Positions 1 through 12,519 of a stretch of 64,000 nucleotides of DNA are shown piece by piece. A program made the position numbers and the translations under genes. The stretch is from NCBI RefSeq assembly GCF_009834535.1, contig NC_045696.1, positions 84,322,001-84,386,000 on the forward strand, written 5' to 3'. Below the pieces are notes generated by a model that was given only the letters and a program-made list of their open reading frames with translations, did not search any database and was not told the origin of the DNA. How positions within the stretch are numbered: position 1 is the stretch's first letter; each line of letters opens with the position of its first letter. Origin of the DNA: Camelus ferus. Lineage: Eukaryota.

Positions 1-555
1 TTGTCTGAAAGCCATCTTCAAGCCAGAAATTTAATTACAGATGATTTGTCCAAATATGTAAGATTTACATGTCTCTCTTGCCCTAAATCCTGTGATTAAA
101 ACTACTTGGCTAGCTTCTATTAGATTCTCTCTATATGCATTTATGTTGAGAATCTGTCAGATGTAAAACTTTGGTTTTTTTTTTTCAGTAGAAAATCCAT
201 TCATTTATGGTAAATGTTTTTTGGCTCTGTAATTAGATACTTATTCTCACATCAAAGTCTAGGGCAGCTTTAAAAATTCTGGTTGCTTTCTTCTGAGGCA
301 GTCAAAGGAACTGTTTTAAGTCACTGTGTATTGACAAAAAATTCACATGCACGCTATGAGAAATTTGTTACTAAAACAAATCTTTATAGGTAAGTAGTCA
401 AACACCTATAAGTATTGATTTGGAGTGATCAGTTAAAGTCAATAATTTACTATAAAAAACTATAAAAAATATTATAGGAGCACCTACTAGAGGCCAGGGA
501 CTGGTGATAATAAAATAAGCCATCTTCCCTGAAGCCCGGGAACTTGAGTTTAGTT

Positions 556-745
556 CAGAGGCTTCTGGAATGTCTGTGTGAATATAATCAACTGGGAAGC
601 CTGCTGCAATGTGGATTTCTCAGCCTCACTCTTAGAGATTCTGATCCATTAAGGCTGAGATAAGGTCCAGGAATTTGCATTTATTTTATCAACAATTCCA
701 CGTTATGCTCGTGTAGATAGTTTAAAAATCATCCTTTGAGAAAAC
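556..745. mobile_element. MER5-family hAT-Charlie MITE, degraded
   Basis: agagattctgatccattaaggctgagataaggtccaggaatttgcattt resembles the MER5A core (AGAGTTTCTGATTCAGTAGGTCTGGGGTGGGGCCCGAGAATTTGCATTT). Confidence 0.65.
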
Positions 746-3050
746 TGCTGTATAGACATGTAGATACATAAATTACACCATATGTAATAAAAGTCTTATG
801 AAAGGACTGTGAGTAACAAACTTCTGGAACCTGATAGACAATAATAGTACACATGATCAGTTGTAACACAGGGAGTTGCACGTGCAGTCTTTTAGGAATG
901 GAGATGATAAAATAATTGCTTTGCCATTGAAACATGTAGATATTCAAGCTGTTAAAGACTAGGTGATATTTCAGCCAGATCTTAAAGAATTATTAAGACC
1001 AGTCAGAGGTGGAGGGAGATGATTTTCTGGACAGAGGTAGTAGCCCGAAATAAAAATTAAATTTTCCTGGTTATGCCACAAGTTAATAGAAATCTTATAT
1101 TCTGAACTAATGCCAGGATATATTTCTATAAGATTTTTAAGTTTGTGAGTGGAAAACATGATAGCTATGAAATACATGTGTGTTTAGCATCAAGTCCGTT
1201 GATTCTCCCCTCGCTGCAAAATCTACTGCTCCTCCACCCCAATTTCTTATCTCTGTAATCTGAGAAAATTATAGATTAACACTGATAACAGTTACACTAT
1301 AAATATAAGAAAAGGAATTGTCCTTGGTATTAGCTCAAGAATATGTGCTCTGATTACTAGTAAGGCCAGCCAAATATTGGGGATATAGCGTAGAAGAGTG
1401 CTTTGGGTTATATTAATGGGCATAAGAATGCAGATAAAGATATAAAAAATATGAGTAGTCTTTAATACAATAATTGTTATTACTGTTCTAAATAAAACAT
1501 TAGAATTGGATGAAACACAAGCAGAGCAACATGTTTCTTGCGTAGTGTTTCAGTGACATTTCTGATCAAAGGACTCAATGTTTTTTCCCTGAATAAAGAT
1601 TGCAGAACAGTTTTCTCTTTTGACAGTCTTCCTCCACTGTGTAAATTACTGAGAATTTATACATTAAAAAATGTGTTCTCTAAGAGTTCGGAAGCATATG
1701 TGGAAATTTTATTTACATTGCCTGCGATGGTATAAGTTACTCCAAAAGGAGTTTCTTCTGTTTATAATCTACAAACTGGAATTAAAAAAAAAATTATGGA
1801 ATGATCCCTTTAGTCGTGGCATTTTTTATTACTGCCCATCTTAACTATGTCTCAAATCTTAACCCTAGCAATACTGTTAATAAGCTTATACTGGGACACG
1901 TTAGAGGAAATGACTTACTCACATAAATGAACAAAATAAGTAAAACCAAGGACCAAATTGAAGCCTCTCTTTCTGTGTTTTAAGGACTTAAATTACAGTT
2001 TGAGTATATTTCCAGTAGGAAAGATGGTCTGTCACTCTGCTGTGTGCTAATCATAAGTCTGACCCACCCCCAGTGCACTTTTTTTCTCAGTCGGGATCAA
2101 TTAGTACTGTGGCAACCGGCTGTTGTTACAAGAGTTCAGCCAGCGTTTGTACTCCCCTGAATTTTCTGAAGGGCATCTATATTGTGTTAAATGTTTCTCA
2201 CCTCGTATTTACCTGTGTTGGCAGAGGTCCAGTTCTTCCTAATAACATGTTTCGTTTGTTTGTTTTACTTTAACGAGTTCTAAATTCCTTTAAATTTTAC
2301 TTGTCTGAGACGTACGTAATGCAGGTAGAAGGGTGTGGTTTTCTCCATAGGTTTAGGAGTTTCTACTTATACAGCTGAACTGCTGTCACACTCACTGCCC
2401 TGTACTTCTGTTATGCTTCTACTGCCTCACTGTTGAGAATGGCAGATATAAATAAAATATTGATCCCTTACATATTACGGGTTAAGGAGGAAACTATTTC
2501 CAAATTCTAGTCATTAAAATAAGTCTTAGGGATATTTACAGTAATTAAAAAAAAACACAGGCACATCTTTGTCAGTTGTTTTTCTTTAGAACTGTCTCTG
2601 ACTGCACATAGATGCAAAAAGGTCAGAATCTTATTTTAATTTATTCACAATTTCATTCCAACAAAAATTGTTTTCAAAATTGATTTCTGAAATGTTCATT
2701 AAACGTGGTGCCCTTTGGGACTTACCTTAGTCAGTTTTAATTGCTTAAATAATTACATATTGCATTAAGATTCTTTTTAGGGTACTAGCTACCTTCAAAG
2801 TAGGTCTTTTAAGTTTAAAAAAAAAAGACAAACTCAATAATCATTAACTGTCTAATACATGACAAATGCCTGTAGTCACCCGTCTGAATTTTATATTTTC
2901 CTTTGAGTCAATAGAGTGGGCATAATATTAGATGGCATGTTTTCAGTCAAATCATGATTTTTATGATAATGACAATAGCACTTCTTTAAAGAATTCAGTA
3001 TTTTACACAAAGCCAATTTATATTGCAGGAATTCAAGGTTATCTTATAAA

Positions 3051-3120
3051 CTATTTATATTTAATATATATATATATAAAATATATATATTTTTTATATA
3101 TATATATATATATATATTAA
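3051..3120. repeat. (TA)n-rich microsatellite / AT-rich inverted repeat
   Basis: Directly visible TA dinucleotide runs separated by A and T tracts. Confidence 0.9.
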
Positions 3121-4011
3121 AGCTATACTTGCACGATGAATTTCTAAATTTGTACCTTGAATATTCCTTTGGCCTTTAATCTTGTGAGTGATACCAAATG
3201 ACATAATATGTATAGTTATGTTCTGTTAGTGTAAGATTTGAGGGGATTTTTTTTCCTACTATGAAAGAAACACACATATAGAAGAAATCAATTAAATCAA
3301 CCTTTGAAATAGGTCAAGACAAAGTGGTGACTGCCCTAGTGGAACAGAGTAATAACCTGACTTAGGTCTGTGCTTCTGAAACTTTTCCACTGAAGTGCCC
3401 TATAAAGCAGCTGAGAGTGAACTCATATTTAAGAAAATTAGAGATATGCTCTCAACTTCTTTAAAACTTGTGTTTTTTAAAAAAGATTTTTCATACTGGT
3501 CTATTTTGTCTCCATATCTGTTTTAACAGAAGAATGTTACATGCCATCAAATAAAATCGGTTCCCTAGGAAGTGGTACTGTATTTATCCTATGGGTTATT
3601 TTCTCTCACAAGGCACAGTGTGGTATTATCCTAGAATTTCAGAAACATGGCACAATGATTGGCTATGAAATAGGTGATAAGATTGGGGTGTTGAATTGTT
3701 CTGAAGTTGACTGGGTTTACAGATGTTGTGCTTTAGTTAATATTAAATTTAGCTTGCCCTTTTCTGAATGTAGAAAAAACTAGGGAAGATTAACCCAGAA
3801 GTTTTTCTTTATGACATAGAGAAAGTAATTTGGGATTAAGAAATTGGGATAAACTGGAATGGATAATAATCTAAAATGCATTTTCTCATAAACTCTGTTG
3901 CATGAATTTAACTGTTCTAAGTTGAGGGGGCTGGTATTTGGTATCTTTAAGCACTCATTCAGACTTTCAAGAACCATTTATTAAATTTTTTTTTTTATTT
4001 TTTAATTTTAG

Positions 4012-4266
4012 GCCAGATATCACAGAGACCTTCAACAGCAAATGTCCCACTTTCCAACTCTGTGAAAAGAAGTTCCAGCTACCTTTCCTCTTATCCCCGG
4101 TCAAGAAGTGCAGCTGCTCCATCGCTATCCAGAGCTGTTTCTGAAATTTCAGAAATTGAGCATATTGATGATACTGACCACAATGAGCCTTTCTTAGACG
4201 ACGTTGCTGATCAACAAACCTTAGACAGTTTGGAAAAGGAATTAAATGTGCTGAGAAATCTTTCAG
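4012..4266 (+). CDS. ZBBX: ZBBX internal coding exon (third from last; 255 nt, phase 1-1)
   Basis: Acceptor ttttttaattttag|G (AG 4010-4011) and donor CAG|gtaatg (GT 4267-4268). Open frame [84 protein letters not shown]. Recognised from memory as the mammalian ZBBX C-terminal region (SQRPSTAN...SEISEIE...TLDxLEKELxVLR). Overlaps ORF 4062..4301. Confidence 0.93.
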
Positions 4267-4635
4267 GTAATGATATTTTTTTCCATTGTAGACAATATTG
4301 ACCCTGCTTTCCACCTGATTCTTTATATCACAGTCCAAGAAAGCTTTTCCCTTTTCCTCTTTTAACCATCGACTTTTGTATCTGTTTTCTTGACTATGCT
4401 CCCAATGCCACCCTGAAAATATTATAAAATGTGTGGATGCCTAACCACACCAGAGATAGTCCCCTTAGCTCAATAACACACAGTTAAGTTGTGGCTCAAG
4501 GACCTTCACGTGGACAGAAAAAAAATTTTTTTTTCTCCTTTCTACAGACTCACTGAGTTGCTAATATCTGTAGCTTTGTGAAAGATGATACCCAACACAC
4601 TTGTCAGAGAATTGAGCTGTTAGGTCTTTTGAAGC

Positions 4636-4760
4636 AGTGTTTCTCAAGTTTCAATGAGTACACGATACCCCCAGAGGTTAAAATGCAGGTTGTGATTCAG
4701 TATGCCGAGGTGGGCCCCAGATTCTGCATGTCTACTAAGACTTCTCAATGTTGAGCCTTT
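4636..4760. mobile_element. MER5A-like hAT MITE fragment
   Basis: cagtgtttctcaag TIR-like start and tgattcagtatgccgaggtgggccccagattctgcatgtcta core. Confidence 0.65.
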
Positions 4761-5029
4761 TATTTTGATTCATTTCTGGAAGTTTTGATTGTGCCAGTCT
4801 TGAGAATGTCTGTGTTTCATCTTTACAGTCTGTTGGCAAGCTAGCTAGATTAATTTAGTGACTCACTTTTTTTTTCCCCTCTGCACTTAGACATTTCTCC
4901 ACCATCTTCTGTCCTTGCATATGATGCTACTTAGTCCTTTGGTGCAGTTTTTCCATTTAACTTTTCTTTGGTTGAATTTAATTGTCAAATAGTAACCCCC
5001 CCCCCCAGCTAGATCTCATGGTAGCTCTA

Positions 5030-5560
5030 TTACTTGAGTCCTGTCATGTTTGAGAATGCTGGCTACCTTTGTATTTGAATGGCAAATTGACTGCAGGTAA
5101 TTTCCTTGGGTCATTTTTCTCTTAAACCCTGTACACACTGATTTATAGTCTCCTGGGTCTGAATTCTGTTGTGAAGTAATCTGAGGTCTCTTTGATTTTT
5201 CACTTTATCCTTTCTCTTGCATGTGACAGGCTTCTTTCCTGACTGGATGTCTGAAGAATTTTTTTCTTAATCTTTGAAATTCAGTAACGGATTGTGCTTC
5301 AATGTCAGTAATTCAGCATTTCTCAAAGCACATAAATCCCTCTTTATTATCAGAGAAATTTTCTGCTGTTGTATTTTTGGATTGCTTTTCTGTTCGATTT
5401 GTTGGATCTTCTTTGTGCAACAGATTAACTAACATTTTCTTCAACTGCTTTAGCCAGTTTTTATTTTCCTTTGCATTACTGGGATCATCTTGTTTGTCTT
5501 CTATGCCAGAATTTCAGTTTTCGGTTGGTTATAGTTCATTCTTTATTGATTGACTTAATA
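5030..5560 (-). mobile_element. Old L1 (L1M/L1ME) internal fragment
   Basis: T-rich antisense L1-like text (ttctgttgtgaagtaatctgaggtc...ttttttcttaatctttgaaattcagtaac...agagaaattttctgctgttgtattttt). Confidence 0.55.
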
Positions 5561-5589
5561 AATTAGCTCTTTACAGGTATTGCTTTGAC

Positions 5590-6030
5590 CTTTTTGGGTA
5601 ATTGCTACTCTGATACCATTTCAGACTTACAGAAAATTTTCAAGACTGCAAGAATAGTACAAGGAACTCCCATATACACTTCACCCAGTTCACTACCTGT
5701 TTATCTTTTGTCCCATTTGCATATGCGTACACACACACACACAAATGCGACTCTTTTTTCTGAACCACGTGAGAGGAAGTTATAAACATCATGACCTTTT
5801 ACTAAAAAAAATACTTCAGTGTGTATTTCCCACAAATAACATTCTCTTATATAACCACAGTACAATGATCAAAATCAGCAAATTTAACATGAATACATTG
5901 TAATTCCCTAATCCACAGTGCATATGTAATTTTTTAAAATTGTCTCAATGATGTTAATTATAGCTTCGTTTTTTTTGGTGGTGTTTTCTGGTACAAGATC
6001 CAATTCAGGAACAGATGGCCATTGTTTTTT
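5590..6030 (-). mobile_element. L1MC/L1ME-type 3' end fragment
   Basis: atttcagacttacagaaaa...gcaagaatagtacaaggaactccc...tctgaaccacgtgagaggaagtt...aacattctcttatataaccacagtacaatgatcaaaatcag is typical of antisense old L1 3' ends. Confidence 0.7.
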
Positions 6031-8049
6031 TCCTTTTTGAAGTCTGACATGTTGTTGTTTGATCTCTGAGATTAGTTTTATTCTTTTTAAAAATGTCATT
6101 TTCATTATTTCTTTTGTAGCCAGAGGACTTATGGGGGAATTTTCTTGTGGTCTTGACCTGCTGTCTAGCAGATTGGTCCTTCATTTACTCATTCTCTGTG
6201 TGCTGTGGATTCTTGGGCTCCAGTTGATCACATATAACTAGCTGCTGTCATTTATTTGTATCTTACTCGCTCACATGTGTTGTGGGTGGCTCTGCTCATA
6301 TCCTCTGTCTCTTCTGATACAGCGAGACTGCGTTCTCCCTGAAATGCTCTGCACCCGTGCTGAGATGCACCCGCCCTCTATCTGTGGGTCGGCTCCTGCA
6401 CTCTTCTGTATCCTGCTGGCTCAAAGGCACAAGGAGGACGGACGAAGGACTGGGGAGCTCAGCCTCCTCTGTGGGAAGATCTGGGTTCTCTTGTCTTTTT
6501 CTGGATTTTATTAATGCCAAACTTCATTGGACCTGATTTCAAGTTTGTTCTGTCCCTGGGGGGTGTCCTTGGGTTTGCAATTTTTTTGCCTCTGCTACGA
6601 TCTTATAGTAGATATTTAAGGCTTAAAAATATTTTAAATGATTTCTCCTTCCCCTTCACCCACTTTTCTCCAAATTGGTGTGATTGGTGAGACTTGTCAG
6701 CACTTTAGATGATTCTCCTTTTCGTATTACTAGTTTGTGTGCATATTGGGCAGGGATGATGGGGGTGGAGGGTGGGGAGTGGACAGCAGTAGCCCCCAGC
6801 TACACCTCCATGAGTCTTACATTTATTCCTTTGGTTGTCCCTTGTCAAAGTTTATTATTTGAACTTGTACCCCTTTCTTTGGTTTCTTTTATGATTTTAT
6901 TTTATTTCTATTTTCCTTCTTTTTCAATTCATTTCGTTAGGAGTTGGGGAAGGAGAGACTGTGATCCATCTTTACCTATCACTCATCATTCATTCACCTT
7001 GCTCTGCATTAGTAAAAATCAAATGTAAATATCCTTGGAGGTCATTCTCACATTAAAAGCCAGTGCTAAAATGAAGCACGTCAGGTCTGAACTGGATCAA
7101 AAGGATAATTATACAATTTTTAATCAGGAGATTTTTTTATTTTGATAAATTGATAAGTTCCATTATTTACAAATGAAATAACAGTACAAACAGTAGTCTT
7201 TTTTTGCTTCTAACCTCTCAGCTTTTCCATTTCCTTTATCGGATTTGTTCTTACATGCTAGTCTTTTTCCCTGTGTTGCTTATTTCTTCACCCACCAACA
7301 CCAGTATTTTCACTAGAATACATAACTTTCCACATACACAAGGAAGCACACACCATGTCACCTGTGAGCCGCCAGGGCTTTTCCAGTGGTCCAGGAGCAG
7401 AATGCAGTTACATACACACGCCCGACCCAGGAACCACTCTTTCTCTTTGGGAAACTTGGCTTTGGATGAGCGCACAGCTTCGGAGACACTCACCTGGAGC
7501 TGAGGAAGGAAGAGGACCGCACGTCGGCTGAATCGTCCTACAGTCAGAGAGGTGACAGGTGCTGTGGCGCAATCAGGCCCTGTTCTAGAGAATTCACTGA
7601 TTCTGCACAGGCCTTTGTGTTCTGTTCAGTGTCAGTGGGCAGAAAAATTCCACCCACATGTCACTACTCACTGTGCATTCTAGCAAAACCCTTCAGAAGG
7701 TCTGGTCTCACACAGACACAGCTACACAATTGGACTCCTATACAAATGTAAATGGGCTTATATCCCTGTGAAAGCTGCCTTTCTGTGAGAAGCAAACCTT
7801 CTGACTTGTGTTCTGCTAGCTCTAGGATACACCCACTTCCTCTAAGTTCCAGGAAAACAGCCACCTTGCCAAGGAGCCTGGAGAAGAAAAGACACAAAAT
7901 AACTGCATTGAGTGAAGTTTTTCTCCTTTGATTGCAATTACTGAAGCTGACATTAGCCGTTTCAGAAGTAGGCAGGGCTGTTGGGAGTCGGGGACGTTGC
8001 TTATGCAGGCTGCAGACACAGCTTTCCGCTGAATCAGGAGACAAGCAAA

Positions 8050-8143
8050 GCAGGGTGGTTAAGAGCCAGGTTCTGGGGCCGGGGGTCTGGCTTTGATACT
8101 TGGAACCACCAATTCCTAGCTTTGTGCCACTGGGCAAGTTATT
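8050..8143 (+). mobile_element. MIR SINE, 5' part (interrupted by L1; resumes at ~9031-9230)
   Basis: gtggttaagagc...ctagctttgtgccactgggcaagttatt is the MIR core. MIR-like sequence continues after the L1. Confidence 0.7.
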
Positions 8144-8145
8144 TT

Positions 8146-9030
8146 CTTTTCCTTTTTTTTTTCAGTTGAAGTATAGTCAGTTTACAATGTTGTGTTAATT
8201 TCTGGTATACAGCAAGTACAGTGATTCAGTTATACATACATATATTCTTTTTCATGTTGTTTTTCATTATAGGCTATTACAAGGTATTGAACATAGTTCC
8301 CTGTGCTATACAGCGGGACCTTGCTATTTATCTATTTTATGTTTATTAGTATCTGCAAATCCCAAACTTCCAATTTATCCCTCTAGCCCCTGCTCCCCAC
8401 CCCATCCCATTCTCCCTGGTAACCACAAGTTCTTTTACTATGTCTGTGAGTCTGGTCTTGTTTTATAAAAAAAGTTGTCTTGTTTTTTCAGATTGCACAT
8501 ATAAGTGATATCATATGGTATTTTTCTTTTCTCTCTGGCTTACTTCACTTAGTATGACAATCTCCAGGTCTGCACATGTTGCTGCAAATAGAATTATTTT
8601 ATTCTTTTTTATGGCCTAGTAGTGTTCCATGGTGTGTGTGCAAATATATATATATATGCCACATGTTTATCCAGTCATCTGTCGATGGACATTTAGGTTG
8701 TTTCCATGTCTTGGCTATTGTAAATAGTGTTGCTATGAACATTGGGGTGCATGTGTCTTTTCAAATTAGAATCTCCTCCAGATATAAGCCCAGGAGTGGG
8801 ACTGCTGCATCATGTGGTAAGTCTTTTTTTAAGGAATCTCCATACTGTTCCCCATAGTGGCTGCACCAAACCACATTCCCACCAACAGTGTAGGAGGGCT
8901 CCCTTTTCTCCACACCCTCGCCAGCATTTATCAGCTGGGGACTCTTGAATGAGGCCATTGTGACCTGTGTGAGGCAATACCTCATTGTAGATTTGATCTG
9001 TATTTCTCCAATAGTTAGTAATGTTGAGAA
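8146..9030 (-). mobile_element. Young cetartiodactyl-type L1, 5'-truncated (3'UTR + ORF2 end)
   Basis: T-tract then gaagtatagtcagtttacaatgttgtgttaatttctggtatacagc. Minus ORF 8761..9057 carries L1 ORF2 C-terminal motifs ([40 protein letters not shown]). Confidence 0.92.
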
Positions 9031-10089
9031 ATCACTTTCTAATGCATCAGGTCCCATGTATGAAAGATGAAGATACTGATAGACCCTATCATAAAATTGT
9101 TCAATGATTTATTTCAAGTACATATTAAATACTATATTTATAAAAAATTACTTCTTTCTCCACACACATGTGCACACACACACATGCATTTTGACAGTTA
9201 AGTGCCTAGCACATAGTCCTGAAAACAACTAAATTATGTAAGAAACCAATGGGTGGTGCTTTTGACATACAGTAAGGTAAGGTGCCCTTGGTAAGTCCAA
9301 TTTTTAGTCAAAGACATTTAAAAGTTGTTTCCATTCTAAAACTATGTTTTCTTCTGGGCCACTTTGAAGATTACAGTTAGCTATAGTTTATGACGTATTA
9401 TTATTCTCTCCACAGATATCTTTGTAAGTAACACTGTAGTCACTTCTTTAATGAGCTCAACATATCAGTATAATTTACTTATCAAGGCATTTGGTCAGTT
9501 TTTGGATATTGTTATAGCCTAAATCATTAGGAAATATAGAACGTATGAATAATGAGGAAGTATTAGCAGTAATACACTGTAAAGCGTTCACATTTTCAAT
9601 AGTTAAAAATGATTCATTTATTTCAAACTCATTCTGATTTGTGGTTTAGAGTCTTTGTGGTCCTTAAATTCCCATGTTAAATTCCCAATCCTATGTTTGT
9701 GTGAGCCTATGGGTAGTTAATTGAGCCAAGGAATTAAAGAGAGGAAAATGCCTCTTCTTAAACAAGAAAGAATAAAATGTACTTGATAATAGCAGGTGTA
9801 GCCAGATGCCATCTGTGAAACAAAATAGTGAGGCAGTGGCTTTCAGAGTAACCAGAGCCTCTGTTCGTATAGGTTGACCATCAAGTAAGATACTAATCTA
9901 TAAAAGAGCTAATAAGGCTTTATAGATAGGTAATTAACTAGATAACCCTTGTGAAGACAGTCAGGTTAAGATAGGCTAGAATGACCATCTTTTTGCCGTA
10001 GGGAACCTTTGAATTTCAGAAAAGCATTGAGTGCTACATACGAGTGAAAATCAACATAGTAAAAATTCTGATTAAGGAATAGGAAACCG

Positions 10090-10330
10090 CTCAATGAGCA
10101 CTAATAATCACTGTTTGTTCTCATATGTAACGTTGCTCCATTTGATCTTCATAGCTACTCTGTGGGTAGATGTGGCAGGTGCTACTTTTAATCTCCCCGT
10201 ATTGGATACAGTAACTGAAGCCCTGGGTGAGGCGGTAATTGCCCAGGGTCTCCCCTGGGGGCCCAGAAGCGCCCAGGCACAAACCCAGGCAAGTCTGCCT
10301 CACATCCCTTTGTTTTATCACCAGACCATA
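10090..10330 (-). mobile_element. MIR SINE
   Basis: catttgatcttcatagctactctgtgggtag...tacagtaactgaagccc...ttgcccagggtc...aaacccaggcaagtctgcctc. Confidence 0.7.
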
Positions 10331-11464
10331 GTGCCACTTAAATCATTTGAAACCCTTACTTCAAATCTCTGTTGTGATCGCTTGAGAGGAAAAGGGTGTG
10401 GGCAGAGTGAAAGCAAAGGGGGGGAGGTATGGCGGATAAACAAGACAAGACAGTGGAGGAGGGGAAGAGGCTGACGGGCTAGATGTGGGCTCACAGGTTA
10501 CAGGGCGAGTGTCCTGGTTGTCACGCCTCCCGAGCACTGGGATGTCATTTGTGGCTGTATCTAGTCTTTTAGAAGTTTTCTCATTTCTGTTGGCAGTGGG
10601 TTCCTTATTGGGAAATAGCCTGTCTGCTTTGTTTCCATTCTTTGAAGTTTTTAACCTGTTTCTTTGGTCTTTCCTTTCTTCTTTATTTCTTTTATTCATA
10701 TAAGTGTTTATTTCCCAGTAGAATAAAGTCTTCTGTAAGAGTTTTCAATGACTTAAGTTTTAGAAATACACCCTAGAACTTTATATTTAGTCAATTTTCC
10801 CTCTTTGCCCTTCTTTATTCTTGCATTTAAGAGATACTTCAATGATCAGAGAACATACTCTCTTACCCTCGGGACAGAAAAGATTTAACTTCAATCCATT
10901 TCTCCACAATCTGCTGACTTGACAGTTCTAAAGTAAAATCTCCATTGTAAACACCAGTGCACTCTTCCCTGGTCCTGTATGAGAACAATCAGAAGACGTA
11001 GGTTTTTGTACAGCTGACCTCTTAGGCTTAACACTAACCTGCGGTAGAGTTTTTGTAAGCAGTTTTATTTTTCTCTGATGTCAAATTTACCCCTCTTAAT
11101 TTCACAAGATATTCTGAAATGTAATTTTGGGAATGAATAATTAAACAAAAATAGTCCCCTCCTATTTTATTTGCACAATCTGTATTATCTCTGTGCTTGT
11201 ACAGTTAGGACTCGAATGCCTCTCCTGGTGGGATTCTTTAGATCTAAGCCTCACCACTGGGTTTCAGCGCTGCAGGTCTACCAGTTCTAAATCCTGAATT
11301 GACTGCTCTCCCATGGGTAACATTCCTTATCGTTAGGGCGTATCAAGGGACCTTGCACAGCTGTCTTCATCTTGTGGGAAAATAGGACAGAAGATAATAG
11401 CTGAATGCTAAAGAATTAGATTCTGGAACATAGTTATTTATGATATTGGTGAGCTAAAGGAACT

Positions 11465-11560
11465 TAGACTGAGTTCCATTTCCTCTGCTATGTGGTTGTG
11501 TGACTTTGGACAAGTTACCAATCCCTGTGGGCCCTCAATTTCCTAATCTCCAACAGGTAG
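11465..11560 (+). mobile_element. MIR fragment
   Basis: gttgtgtgactttggacaagttaccaatccctgtgggccctcaatttcctaatct is the MIR core. Confidence 0.7.
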
Positions 11561-12519
11561 GGATGGGACAAAAGAATTAGGCAAGGAATCTTTTGTTTTT
11601 CTTCAAATTAATCTTATATAGAGTTCCCAGGCATAAACAAGACCAAGGAACGCTGTCCTGATGGCTTTGGGGTGGTGGGAGCAGAAGCCTTATCCCTCAG
11701 CCTGCTGAATTTCTCCATGTATCATAATGTAGAAGCCACTTCCAGTCCTAAGTATATTGAAGTCTGTCTATCTTGCAGCAGGAATAATCTAAGTTATTTT
11801 CTGTAAGGGAATCTCTGCTCCAAAACTTCTAGCTAATACTAACCACCAAAAAAAATTATCTTCAATTAAGTGTATAATACATGTAGTTTGGTGTTTGGCC
11901 CTTCTGATCTTAGCATCTTCATAAGAGTGAAGGGAAGACTAGCACCCAGTAATTTCAGCAGTTTTAAAAGTCACCAGAGCATAACCTCATCTATGTGAGA
12001 TGGCCCTTACAATGTTATCAATGACAAAAAGAAGGCATTGTGCCCTGTCTAGCATAGTAATCCTGTTTACTTCTGTACCTTTTGGTAGTTCACATAAAGA
12101 AGTGTTTGTTTATACATTTGCTTTTTTAACTCACACCATTTGTCCTCACCCAGGCTGAATCAACGGGCCCGCTTCATGAAAAGGAAAAAGATTTAAGGCT
12201 TCTCCCCTTTCACACACACATGGTCATTATCTACACAAACAAAGCAAGGAATTTAAAAAGAAAGGGCAGCTTTGCTAAGACTTACCTTTGCCTCAGACTA
12301 TGTGGGGGCAAACCTTTTATTCTTCAAACTCAAAAAGATATAATAAAGTGTTTAACATTCAGAAAAGTTATTGTAGCTTTAAAGAGGACCACTTGATTTT
12401 CTTTGGAATTCCGCGAATTTTCAGGGCATTTGACACCTAAGTATAATGTCTACTTAAAATCAGAATGGCTAGGCAAAACAGGCCTGATTGAGGGAGACAG
12501 ATGTTGTCTATACTATACT

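Noticed and set aside
4267..4301. Tail of ORF 4062..4301 ([11 protein letters not shown])
   Set aside because: Read-through past a consensus donor (CAG|gtaatg); similarity to ZBBX continues at 13183 instead.
3967..4338. 123-aa minus-strand ORF
   Set aside because: Antisense shadow of the ZBBX exon; no independent support.
8576..9057. ORFs with reverse-transcriptase-protein-like C-terminal motifs
   Set aside because: Decayed L1 ORF2 fragments, not host genes.
9416..9423. 8-nt AG...GTAAGT-bounded microexon (ATATCTTT)
   Set aside because: Frame-shifting, weak exonic donor context (TTT|GT), and plausible by chance.
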